A DNA stretch of 60,174 nucleotides, the filler included, from Squatina squatina (taxonomy: Eukaryota), in the NCBI GenBank assembly GCA_031763465.1. It is 3 parts of 3 records of this genome, joined end to end, with 100 filler letters (N's around TTAATTAATTAA, not from the genome) between each part and the next. Parts side by side here need not be neighbours in the genome. Positions count along the whole stretch, not along the records: positions 1 to 27,555 come from JARFOE010000234.1; 2 more parts are not named here. One strand, written 5' to 3'. The number at the start of each line of letters is the position of its first letter. The stretch's first letter is position 1. Both the position numbers and the translations under genes were made by a program. The notes beneath the pieces were generated by a model. It was not told the origin of the DNA. It did not search any database and saw only the letters and a program-made list of their open reading frames with translations. This document shows positions 1 through 10,358 of the stretch, piece by piece.

Positions 1-99
1 GGGCGTTAACGGCCGAATTGGCCGGTCTTGCTTTAAATGCCAATACTAGTGAGCTGCTTTGGTCATTAGACGCTCTCCTAAAATCAATTTATTTTTGTT

Positions 100-1800
100 T
101 GTGGTGAATTGCAGGCCGCAGACTTCAAGTTATTGATTTCTGTCTGGGGTCTGCACAGTTCGAAGATCAAGTCAGCAGTGTACAAAACTGACAGAATGCA
201 CTGATGTTATGTAGCCTGGACTGTACCTGCTTTGCACGTGCTCAGTATTGTCTTCTCAGGCTGGCCTTGCAACACCAACCTAATTGTGGCTTCTTTTAGA
301 ACATCAAATGCCTTCAAGCCAATATTTGTTGCTGTTTGTTCTTTTGCAGCCTATTGTAGTAGAACAGCAACAGATCAACAACCTGGAATAAGGCTACAGA
401 GAAGATTCTAGGTTAATTTTCTATTGTTGGGAGACTATATATTTTGTTGTTATTCCTATTTGTTGCATTTCTACTATATACAGAGTAGCTTTGTGTTTCA
501 GACTGCCTAAAACACTCAAATCTCAGGTGAATTTGTCACTTGCCAAATTGTTGGTAATCTCTTTTTTGTGTTTTTATTAAATTGCACTGTTTTAAAATGA
601 GGGACACTTGCAAAATATGGATGGACTTTGAATTCCTTTTTGTCCCCCACAACCAACACCACATTTGACCATATTTACTCGCACAATGAAGCATTACTTT
701 TTCCCCTTCCATATTTTGATGATGTTGCCCTGTTCCCAATGAATTGGGCCAAGATTTGGTTAACCTGTTTTCACAAAGAAAAATCAGCAATTCTAGGCAT
801 TCTAAAAGCCTGAAGGACTTAAACACTTTGTTTAGTACTGGATGCTACAAGGTTGCAACTTTTAGAACCAGTAATGGGCATTACTGTTGTGAAAGAAAGT
901 CAAACTCTTCCAATTCGATCAGTCGCACGATTGAGTACAAGTGGTCTTATTCCACGAGTGGCCTTTTTGTAAAGAATATGAATTCAAGTGAAGTATGCTA
1001 TACTGTATTGACAAAAGTGCAGCACAAACATGGAATAGTTATTTGGAGGGGTTTGACTGTATTTATTACGCTGTGTATTTTCCTGTTCCATTGTGGAGAG
1101 AGGACATTGAGTTTCACAGCATTTTGCGAGTGCCCCTGATTTACAAATTGTTTTGTGGGTTAGTTGGCATATTAGGGCATTTGATGTTTCCATTTGGGCA
1201 ACCCTCATTTCTTTTTTTTCAAAACTAGGGATCAACAATTGCTTATGTCTACAGTAGGTGTGAAACCTGATTCCATACAAGAAAAATTACAAAAAATAAA
1301 AAAAGGGATCGACCAATATTATTTTGCACCCTTCATTGGCCAAAGATGGCTGGTCATTACTCATGATGCTCAGTTTCTCTTCGCTTTTCAGATCTTGAGT
1401 GCAGTTATTTGAATGGAGTTCTCAGTACTTCAGATATAGATGTATTTGCTGAAACCGAATTGGTATAAGAACGTTTTTAAATATATATTTCTTAGATATT
1501 GGTCGATCCCTAATGTAAGGAAAAAGGACTTCGTAGTCCAATATTCAATTTAGTTTCCTGATTTAAAAATTAGGAATCAATATTTTAAAAATCCAAAATG
1601 TTCTAGAAACCAAGTGCAATATTTAATGTTTTTTGTAAGGTTTTTTCCTTGACCGTGTACAGACTTTTTTTTTAGTTTGGTGCTGTAATTATCTTTGTAG
1701 ATTTTGTTAAGGAGACAAAGATCCATGTTCTGTATGGTTTAATTTTTGTTTAGCTGTTCATGTAAAATTAAAAGGTTTTGCTATTGAATTTTTGCACTTA
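100..1800 (+). other. ARRDC3: 3'UTR (terminal exon, non-coding part) of a gene convergent with ADGRV1, probably ARRDC3
   Basis: AT-rich, TE-free stretch with no credible ORF. It has 8-mer miRNA seed matches (TGCACTGA 197-204, ATACTGTA 1000-1007, GTGCAATA 1614-1621) and TGTA...ATTAAA (1761-1772) followed by a T-rich tract. ARRDC3 is the known tail-to-tail neighbour of ADGRV1 in vertebrates, and blocks such as AACATCAAATGCCTTCAAGCCAAT resemble my recollection of the mammalian ARRDC3 UTR (not verified). Confidence 0.6.
1767..1772 (+). terminator. Candidate polyadenylation signal ATTAAA of the + strand 3'UTR
   Basis: ATTAAA preceded by TGTA and followed by U-rich sequence; TE-derived sequence starts shortly afterwards. 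Confidence 0.5.
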
Positions 1801-1844
1801 GCATTTTACTTTTCATGCCTCTCTCTAAATGCATACACGATAAT

Positions 1845-2190
1845 GTAGCTAAAGCTGGCCAAATGGCTCACTTGCTAAATGCCCAGCCCAGGGAGATCTT
1901 AGGTTTGAATAAGCTGATCTCAGCCAGGCAATCAGTAGGGCCTTTTCAATTGGCCATAGAGCCCTTGGAAAGGGAAAGGGAAAAATGGACTAGGGTTATT
2001 GCTATCTGGCACCCCCTGCTGGAAGGTGTATGTGTGTGAATGTCTGGTCAATGTACAGGATGAAGCTTAGTTGTGAGGCTCCTTGACGCAGATGGCCTGC
2101 CATCACTCACTGTCAAGGTTGACCATGAATTAATATAAGGCTGAGGAACCACAAGGCTACCAATGAATGGAAATGTTCCCCAGTTACAAT
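1845..2190 (+). mobile_element. Degenerate shark SINE (family also seen at ~5085-5263, ~14570-14770 minus, ~21200-21340 minus)
   Basis: Motifs AGCTGATCTCAGC, CAATTGGCC, AGGG.AAAA...CCCCTGCTGGAA.GTG.GTGTG recur in diverged form elsewhere in the window. Confidence 0.45.
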
Positions 2191-3033
2191 CAATCCTTGT
2201 AGTGTGGAATTTGGGGAAGGAGGGCAGGTCTATGCAGCCAATGTAAAATTGGATTGAAGATTTCAAGTGTTCAGTTGTGGTGTAATTGATTATCTACTCA
2301 CAATCAAGATAGGCTAGACAATCTTGTCTTGCCATATGTTCAATCTAAATTCAATGAAACTGTTCCTAGTCTATACAGTAGAAAAACCAAGGCCAAAGGC
2401 ACTGACCTATTTTCTGTAAGGAGAGAAAAACACTTTGAGCCTCTTGTACAATTAGATTAGAATTATCGAATTTAATACTCGGATTGTTTTTACTCTGCTT
2501 TCCTCCCCCCTCCCCCAGAATTTTGCACATTTTCAGTGTTGGAAATGCATATGCCATTTTTCAGTTGACTGGTTTTTGTCTGAAATTCTAACCAAGAGTG
2601 AAAATAATTTCCTTCATGTTTCATTTTTAATTGTGTATAATAAAGACTAAGTACCCCAAGAACCATTGTAAACACACAGTATAATTAGTCATGGGGTAGA
2701 AAATCTAACTGTTCTATTTTAAAGTTAATTTTCACACNNNNNNNNNNNNNNNNNNNNNNNNNNNNNNNNNNNNNNNNNNNNNNNNNNNNNNNNNNNNNNN
2801 NNNNNNNNNNNNNNNNNNNNNNNNNNNNNNNNNNNNNGGATGCTGGCTAAGACTTCTAAAGGAGCACATCAGCTTGTTTTCATTAAATCAGTCACGCAAA
2901 GAACTGAAATAATCAATTCAGCTGGGACTGGATTATGCACGTTATATTAGACCTACACATTTATTTTCCTATGCTTTATTGTACGTTCATGTTCATGTTT
3001 AATGCAACTGTTTGCTCACAATTTTAAACACAA

Positions 3034-3551
3034 AGGGGCTGAAATTGGGAAGCACCACGCTAGAAATGGTACACCACTGTTTAGCGCCGAAACCATGCCA
3101 GTCCGTAATGGCATTATTTAGATGTGAAATTCAGCAGCATTTTGCTTTTTTTGTGGCGTGGTGCTGTTCAAAGGTACAAACAGCTGAGTGGAGGCACTGA
3201 CAGCAGATCATTGAATCACTTCCTGCACTGTAGCCATAACCTCCTGATGATATCCCTGCTGCTAACCTCCTCAGGAATTCCGAGCCATGGTCTTCTGGTC
3301 TACCAGGGAGGTCTCATCCACCCATCAGCAGGGAAGAGGACCTCCCAGCATGCTCTGACTCCCTCCACAAGAATATGTAGTGAGTCATCCAAAAAGCAGG
3401 GTTCAGCCCTCTCTCTTTATAAACTCATTTTTATAACTCTCAGCAAGAATACACTCCTCTGCAGTACTCCCTCCACACTCCTACATGAACCTTCAAATGT
3501 GACGCGGACAAGGCTGCTTTAAATATCCCCGCTAGAAATGAGTCATCGATC
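3034..3551 (-). mobile_element. PIF/Harbinger-derived element with pseudogenised Myb/SANT-like DNA-binding ORF
   Basis: GGGGCTGAAATTGG terminus at ~3035. The minus strand reads DDSLHILVEGVRACWEVLFPADGWMRPPW*TRRPWLGIPEEVSSRDIIRRLWLQCRK*FNDL. 3210-3550 is closely similar to 53410-53760. Confidence 0.75.
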
Positions 3552-3697
3552 ATGGAGGGAGTGCAGCGAAGATTCACCAGACTGATTCCTGGGATGGCAG
3601 GGATGACGTTTGAAGAGAGATTGTGTCGATTAGCCTTGTATTCGCTAGAGTTTAGAAGAATGAGAGGGGATCTCATTGAAACTTATAAAATTCTAAC
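3552..3697 (+). mobile_element. CR1-type LINE ORF2 C-terminal fragment
   Basis: EGVQRRFTRLIPGMAGMTFEERLCRLALYSLEFRRMRGDLIETYKIL is the typical CR1 ORF2 3' motif. Confidence 0.9.
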
Positions 3698-3797
3698 NNN
3701 NNNNNNNNNNNNNNNNNNNNNNNNNNNNNNNNNNNNNNNNNNNNNNNNNNNNNNNNNNNNNNNNNNNNNNNNNNNNNNNNNNNNNNNNNNNNNNNNN

Positions 3798-4335
3798 ATC
3801 TCATTATTTCTAAGAGTAGGGGAGTTCTCCTGGTGTCCGGGCCCATAATTATTCCTCAACCAACATCACTAAAACAAAATATCTGGTCACTATCACATTG
3901 CTGTTTGTTGACCTTGCTTTGTGCAAATTGGTTTCAATGATTTCTACAACAGTGACTAAACTTCAAAAGTACTTAACAGCCCATTCAAAATACCACGCAT
4001 GCACGGGTTTTTCCTATTTAAAAGCCAGTGAGCCAGTTGCATGTGAGCTGCAGAACGGATGCATGACTTAAGGGGAACATTGATCAGAGGCTCTTAGTGC
4101 TTTGGGCAATGGACCAAGAACTGGAAAGGGGGATTAGGCTGGATAGCTCTTTGTTGGCCAACACGGACACGATGGACTGAATGGTTTCCTTCTGTGCTGT
4201 AAATTTCTATGATTTTGTGGTCTGAGGCCCTCCGGCTGGCAGAGGCAAGTCAGACAAATCTTGTCTGATGACGCTACTGTGAAGCACCTTGGGACACTTT
4301 TACTATGTGAGAGGCACTATATAAATGCTCGTTGT
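3798..4335 (+). mobile_element. 3' half of SacSINE1/DeuSINE, interrupted by an insert that includes a CR1 3' tail (~4095-4215)
   Basis: 3815-3975 and 4275-4330 match consecutive parts of the SINE at 30686-31140. The insert contains GACACGATGG.CTGAATGG..TCCTTCTGTGCTGTAAATTTCTATGATT (CR1 tail). Confidence 0.7.
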
Positions 4336-4457
4336 TACTGTTGCAGCAAGAGTATTTGCTAAGTCAGCATGGTATGATATACAAGAATGACACTATAAGA
4401 ACTTTAAACTGGCTTCCTTTTTGCACTCAGGCCATCAGAATTGAACACACAATACTT

Positions 4458-4463
4458 TTTATT
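4458..4463 (-). terminator. Candidate AATAAA polyA signal of ADGRV1 (alternatives at 4506-4511 and 4519-4524)
   Basis: TTTATT on the + strand, ~350 nt downstream of the ADGRV1 stop codon. Confidence 0.45.
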
Positions 4464-4814
4464 GTGTTACTTCTACAGAAAGATGCAAGTGTTTTACACA
4501 AGTAATTTATTGCTATTTTTTATTTTAGAGTTTGTCTCTAACTTCTACATAAATTGTACATCCAAGTTAATCACAGTGAGTTAAAATTTACTTCTCTGTA
4601 ACTATGTAAAAAAAAACCCTACAGGAAATGCTTTTTAAATAGATTTGATTGAAGGCTAAGGTCACAATCAGTTGAACATTACAAAAATGTTGTACAAACA
4701 TTGAAAAGTATAACACTGTTCTACATATTGAAATGCAAAATTTTAGTGCAAAAGAAGTACGTCTGAAAAGTATAAAAATATGGACAAATTTGATTTAAAA
4801 AGCACATAAGGGTG

Positions 4815-4933
4815 TTAGAGATGAGTGTCTGCTATTGGTATTCTTCGGAGCTCCACAATTTGTGAATTAGCAATGCTTCCACCATCTTGGCTTCCGTGAT
4901 ATGATTCATTATCACTGGCATTGAGGCCTGCAC
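4815..4933 (-). CDS. ADGRV1: ADGRV1 last coding exon (C-terminal tail, PDZ-binding motif)
   Basis: ttcag|GT GCA GGC...: [39 protein letters not shown], matching the ADGRV1/VLGR1 C-terminus. Confidence 0.96.
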
Positions 4934-5501
4934 CTGAAGCAAGAAGAAACACTAATTTAGAATCATTAGGAGAGGCGCATTTGTTCTTTTCAATAGGTAG
5001 TACCAGAGTTTATGGCCTGGAAATAACTCTCAAACCACTGAAGGGTATCCTTTTGAATATGGCAGCATAGACATTCTCCGAATTGCTCAATGGATAAATG
5101 AACCATGTAGTCTGGCACTGAACCGTGTGTTGTGCTAAGCAAACTAATCTACATTGGGATAGCGCTTATAGTACGATAACTGGTCTCAGTGCCTCTAGGC
5201 TAAAGTTATAAAAAAATCAGCTTGGGTTCCTGCTTTTAATTGCGATCCAGTAATGCCTGTTAGNNNNNNNNNNNNNNNNNNNNNNNNNNNNNNNNNNNNN
5301 NNNNNNNNNNNNNNNNNNNNNNNNNNNNNNNNNNNNNNNNNNNNNNNNNNNNNNNNNNNNNNNGCAGTTTAGGTAAACTTAAAAAATTCATTCGTATGGT
5401 AATAGATTACATTAAGAATCACATCAGTTTAGTGATTTTTCATACTTTATTATCCTTCAAATTTATGGTAATGAGGTTCTAAATGTGTATACCACACTTA
5501 C

Positions 5502-5623
5502 CTGCACAATACTAAAGGTAACAAACAGGATTAACATCCAAAAGTATCTGTAGGCCATGTGCAGGCCCCCCCATAGCCATGTCAGTGATATCAAAGCGAA
5601 AAGATACAGCACAAGGGGAACCT
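5502..5623 (-). CDS. ADGRV1: ADGRV1 exon, 7TM region (TM6-TM7)
   Basis: AG/GT bounded, 122 nt, [41 protein letters not shown]; phase-compatible with the 7013-7170 exon. Confidence 0.95.
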
Positions 5624-5914
5624 CTGTAAATAATGGAGATAAAACAGTGAAAGAACATGTTAGAAAGTTCCAGAACATATTTTAATGGATGGAAAATCTT
5701 GCAGGATTTGTTTGACCTCCATGCTGGAATAACCAATATGTGCTCCTGGTGGGCAAAGTTCTGTACCAAGAGCACAAATTAATAAAACTTACCTTAAGGC
5801 CTTGCTACTCATTCTCATCATTTTTGATCTGATCTTACAACCTTTTTATTGTATTGTTAGTGTACAGCTTTCTCCTTATAGTCATAAACTTACCAATAGT
5901 TGCCAACAACTGTT

Positions 5915-6775
5915 AAAGGGACGGCTTGTGCGCTAGCAACCGCCATGTTTTTTGGCCAGTTGACTCTCCTGTTGTCTGACTGATGGTAGACATTCGCCCC
6001 CCCACTGGACAGCCAATGTTTGCCAGCATGCAAACTGGCATGCCAGCCCAGTGGCCTGGTCGCCGGCTTTCCGGCTTCCCTTTTAGCGCAGGAGGCGGCG
6101 CCGTGGCTGACATCAGTGTGCTGGCCTCGGCAGTGTGGTNNNNNNNNNNNNNNNNNNNNNNNNNNNNNNNNNNNNNNNNNNNNNNNNNNNNNNNNNNNNN
6201 NNNNNNNNNNNNNNNNNNNNNNNNNNNNNNNNNNNNNNNAAACTTTGGCTTTTCCGCAATAACATCGCTGTTAAATACCCCATTAAAAGTTAGACCATTA
6301 TGGATTAGGTATAATCGGGGTTTTAACATCGTATTGACAGCTAAACAAAGGTTATGGCTAATTTTAATTTTGCGGAGTGTCAAATTTCTCCATTTTAATA
6401 AAAATTACAATTAAGAAACTTAAATTATTTTTTAAAGTTTGTTCATCTATATTTCAGGTTTACCTTTTCCCCATGCGACAGCTCCAATCTTTGTTTTGTT
6501 CTCTATAACATTTTTAAAAAGTTAGAATAAAAGGAATTTCTTCACTTCCTGGTTCCTGGTTTGAGAGAAATCTGCATTATGATTGGTTGCTTAGACAGCT
6601 TGTTGACTTCACAGCAGCTCGCACTAGGGGATCCCCATTAACTTGCACTGATCGCAACTGAATGTCAGAAAAGCCAAACTTCTCGCCATAGAGATAGCGA
6701 GACCTTTGTGGGCAGCTTACTTCCGGGCCAGTGGCAAACGCCTTTGCTTCACAAATTACAGGCCAGCATTTTTGG
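5915..6775. mobile_element. Non-autonomous DNA-transposon (Harbinger-like) fragments on both sides of a gap
   Basis: GC/CpG-rich terminal segments and an internal CACTTCCTGGTTC...GATTGGTT motif shared with 36213-36995. Confidence 0.5.
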
Positions 6776-7012
6776 GTTATTATTTTATTAGTCGTCAGCC
6801 TATGCCAAAACAAAGGATAGAAAAATGAAAGTAGGGTTGAAAATATTAATAGGAGAGATTTAAATGCATAGGAGATTTTCATCCTTTCTACAGATAATTT
6901 AATACCATCACAAGGACAAAACTGAGCATTATGAAAAAATATGCTTGAAAATAATATTGAAATTATGACTGTTTGTAACTCGTTTGAACTATAATATTCA
7001 CGCTGTCCTTAC

Positions 7013-7170
7013 CTGTGCTGTTCGCTTTTCCTCTGAAAACATCATCATAGGACTTCCATTGTTGAATCATCTGATAGGCATAGATAAAAATGACAAAGAC
7101 TCCCACAAGGCACAGTAAGGGCATCAGAGCTGCTGTGGCAAGAGCAGCATAAATATTTGGAATGAAGCAC
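7013..7170 (-). CDS. ADGRV1: ADGRV1 exon, 7TM region (ECL2-TM5)
   Basis: ccatag|G TGC...ACA G|gtaagg, 158 nt, [52 protein letters not shown]. Confidence 0.95.
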
Positions 7171-8039
7171 CTATGGACAGCAAAGAGGAGAAAAATTAAA
7201 CACTTTGTGTACATGTTTGTCAGCCTATTTCACACATAGTCAGATAACAACTTTACAGTTCAGATCACAACAATATTCATTTTATTCATTGAGGTCAATG
7301 GTGGTTCAGTACTTCTAAATATTCTTTGCACCCCTATGTACCTCTTTATAATATGAAACCATAGTGATCTCTCAGTGACACACATAACATTTTTCCCACA
7401 TGATTCACCCTTTTACTCTCTGTTCTGACCACCTGTGATATATAGCTGTAGCATGTAATACATCCTTTCTTCAAGTGAGTAACATACTGAAGCTGATACA
7501 ATTACACTAGCAACTTCATCTACGGTCCTGTAAGTACTGTGTAAATGATCAGGGTCATTTACTGGGGCTCCACTCTCAGCANNNNNNNNNNNNNNNNNNN
7601 NNNNNNNNNNNNNNNNNNNNNNNNNNNNNNNNNNNNNNNNNNNNNNNNNNNNNNNNNNNNNNNNNNNNNNNNNNNNNNNNNTTTTAAAGCTCAGATAAAC
7701 ACTATTCAAAGAGTATACCAAAGTTCAAGTTTTCTACTTTATTTTCTTCCACTTAGTGCAGAATGGAATCATCTTCCCCCACAAAAAAAAATTAAACTAA
7801 TGCTAAATCACTTGGTGCCTTTCCAGTTCTGACCTTGTGTTTCCCAATGACTGTAAGGGTGCACTTTTGTCTAAGGATTTTCAGTCAACAGGATGTTACT
7901 ATTTTTGTCTAGCCTTGCGATTTACAGACAAGAATTGTTATAAATGGTGGGAATTTTTGTCAAGGTGCTTTCCTGTTTGTCAAATTTGTGTAAAAAATCA
8001 GAATAGTTTATCCCAATATTTGAAAGCTCTTAGAGACCA

Positions 8040-9044
8040 TGGCTCTAATATTAAGATGAAAGGAGAGGGATACATGGGCAAAGCCCGAAAGTCAAATGAG
8101 CGGGTCGGAAACTACGATCTTAATTGAATTGTACCAACTAATTTTGACTTCTGGGTTTTGCATCTCTAAGCTGTACAGCAGGCACGATGCACACCTGCAT
8201 GACGCAATCTCAGCTGGATTTAGATGGACAATATACAGATAGAAATTGGAGGTGTTCAGGATGATTGTAGACACAGCAAGGGCAGCATCCACATTCAATG
8301 AGGCATCACTGGAATTACTGCTGGGTGCAGTCAGGAGCAGGAGGGACATACAGCAATGGGAGGAAGAAACCTGCGGCTGTCACCAGGAAGGCATGGTTGG
8401 AGATAGCTGAGGAGGTGAACAGCAGGAGTGTTTTGCCCAGGTCTTTGATGCAGTTCAGGAAGTGGTTTAATGACCTAACCAAGCCAAGAAAAGTGAGTAC
8501 ACTTGCTGATTCAACTACATCTTGTGGTTTAAGCCCCGCCTTCAATCTGTCTTCAATCTTCAATGCATCCATTGGGTGAACACGTGACCGTCCATTACTC
8601 ACAGGTCTGTTCTTTCGGCCATTGTAGAAGAGAGTGCAAAACACTAGGGAGAGGGAGAGGATAGGAATTGCACCACCATAAATAGTCCAGATCACAGATG
8701 CAGAGGAGGATAAGTAGCACATCTCCATCCCTCTCAGTCAAAAATCGAGAGACAGGGAACTCGCAGATAATTGGTGACAGAATTACAAATATCTCTGACA
8801 CACATGCTGAATTTATTTAATCAATGGCTGAGCTATGAGAAGCTTGAGTATGTTGATTGTTACTTTGCCATGACTAATTCATATTCCTTTCTTTTGTCTT
8901 ACAGGACCTTCACGCAACAAGTATTACTGGACATGCATGAGGATGATTCCTTAGAGGACCTTATTCATTCTGAGGGTGCACTACCACAGGATGTGCAGCC
9001 ATGCACCAGTGCAAAACCAGTTAAAGAGTTATTTGGATTTACAC
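8040..9044 (+). mobile_element. PIF/Harbinger element relic with spliced Myb/SANT-like gene (pseudogenised)
   Basis: GRKKPAAVTRKAWLEIAEEVNSRSVLPRSLMQFRKWFNDLTKPRK|gtgagt, then tgtag|KRVQNTRERERIGIAPP*IVQITDAEED, then a further ttacag| acidic segment near 8904. Confidence 0.75.
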
Positions 9045-10246
9045 NNNNNNNNNNNNNNNNNNNNNNNNNNNNNNNNNNNNNNNNNNNNNNNNNNNNNNNN
9101 NNNNNNNNNNNNNNNNNNNNNNNNNNNNNNNNNNNNNNNNNNNNCTCCTGCTCCTATTTCTTATGTTCTTATGAATTTTACAGACAGATATTTGATTACC
9201 TACATTTTATTAAACATTGTAAAACCAAGGAATGCAGATTAAAAAAATCAAATCATTGCTTCATGTACTAGGATAGTCCAGCTCTGTTATTCTATTCTTT
9301 AAAATTTTGTTTTTAATCATATATGAACTCTGCTTCTAAAGCTGTAGATTGGCTAAATAAACCCATGAAACTCTTATCACAAATGCTACATCTGTTTCTC
9401 ACAGATGGTGAATAGGAAGCTTGCAAATTTCTGCTGACCTTCATACAAAATAGCTGAAGAAGCGTTTCTATTGGTTTGCTGAGCTGTTGCTGAGTGAATT
9501 GTAATCCAACGCTGAAGGCTTGGATTGGTTAATTTGTAGAAAAGCTTGTTACTAAGTAAAAACCCGGCCACAAAGAACTGAGTAAAATTCATATTCTGAC
9601 ATGAGAATTGGTACTCACAATGTGAAAAGGCATTCTTGCACCAGCTGTGTTTTAACTTTAACATGCAACGCTTTAAACCTTTAGAAATGACAAAGGTTAG
9701 GCTAGAATTGATTTTCAAAAAAAAAGAGCACAATGGAGGCAGCATTTCACATTTACGACATGCATGTCTGTGGAAATTTGCAATGGTACTATTTCCAAGC
9801 CTCATAAGAATCTTTCGGTGCTTTTGCATTCATTTTGCTTCATTCCCCATGGTAATTATTCTGTTGAAATTAAGGCAAAACAATGCTAATGCTGCAAGTC
9901 TGCACTATTTAAATCACTCCTGTTTACCAATTAAAGAATGCCAAACCGGTTGACTAAATTGTGAAATCAATTGCTTAGCAACTTTGGGAATTGTAGCTTA
10001 GACATGTACTCAAAAGGTAACTCACGGCACCACTTCAAGCATGAAAGGTAGTAACTATTTCTCTTTATTCAGACCTACCAAATCTTCTGTATTTGGCAGC
10101 AGCTTGTTAATCTCCACCCTTCCAACTCAGGATTGCAATCTCACAAAATATGCACTGCATCAGTAATGAGCAGCATTTCTCTTGGTTTCTCACATTAATA
10201 AGTGAGAAGCAAGATATCGTTCTGGAGGTACTGTTAGCAACACTAA

Positions 10247-10270
10247 ATATATATATATATATATATATAT
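10247..10270. repeat. (TA)n microsatellite
   Basis: Direct reading. Confidence 0.9.
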
Positions 10271-10275
10271 TTAAT

Positions 10276-10358
10276 AGAAGCCTATATTCTCTAGAGTTTA
10301 GAAGAATGAGAGGTGATCTCATTAAAACTTACCAAATTCTTACAGGGCTTGACAGAGT
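10276..10358 (+). mobile_element. CR1 LINE ORF2 fragment
   Basis: LYSLEFRRMRGDLIKTYQILTGLDR, same family as 3552-3697. Confidence 0.85.

Noticed and set aside
350-391. Apparent terminal coding exon ttttgcag|PIVVEQQQINNLE*
   Set aside because: It matches no protein C-terminus I recognise, and the flanks on both sides look like continuous 3'UTR; probably chance.
744-1412. Several 60-130 aa ORFs
   Set aside because: No recognisable domains, overlapping on both strands, within UTR-like sequence.
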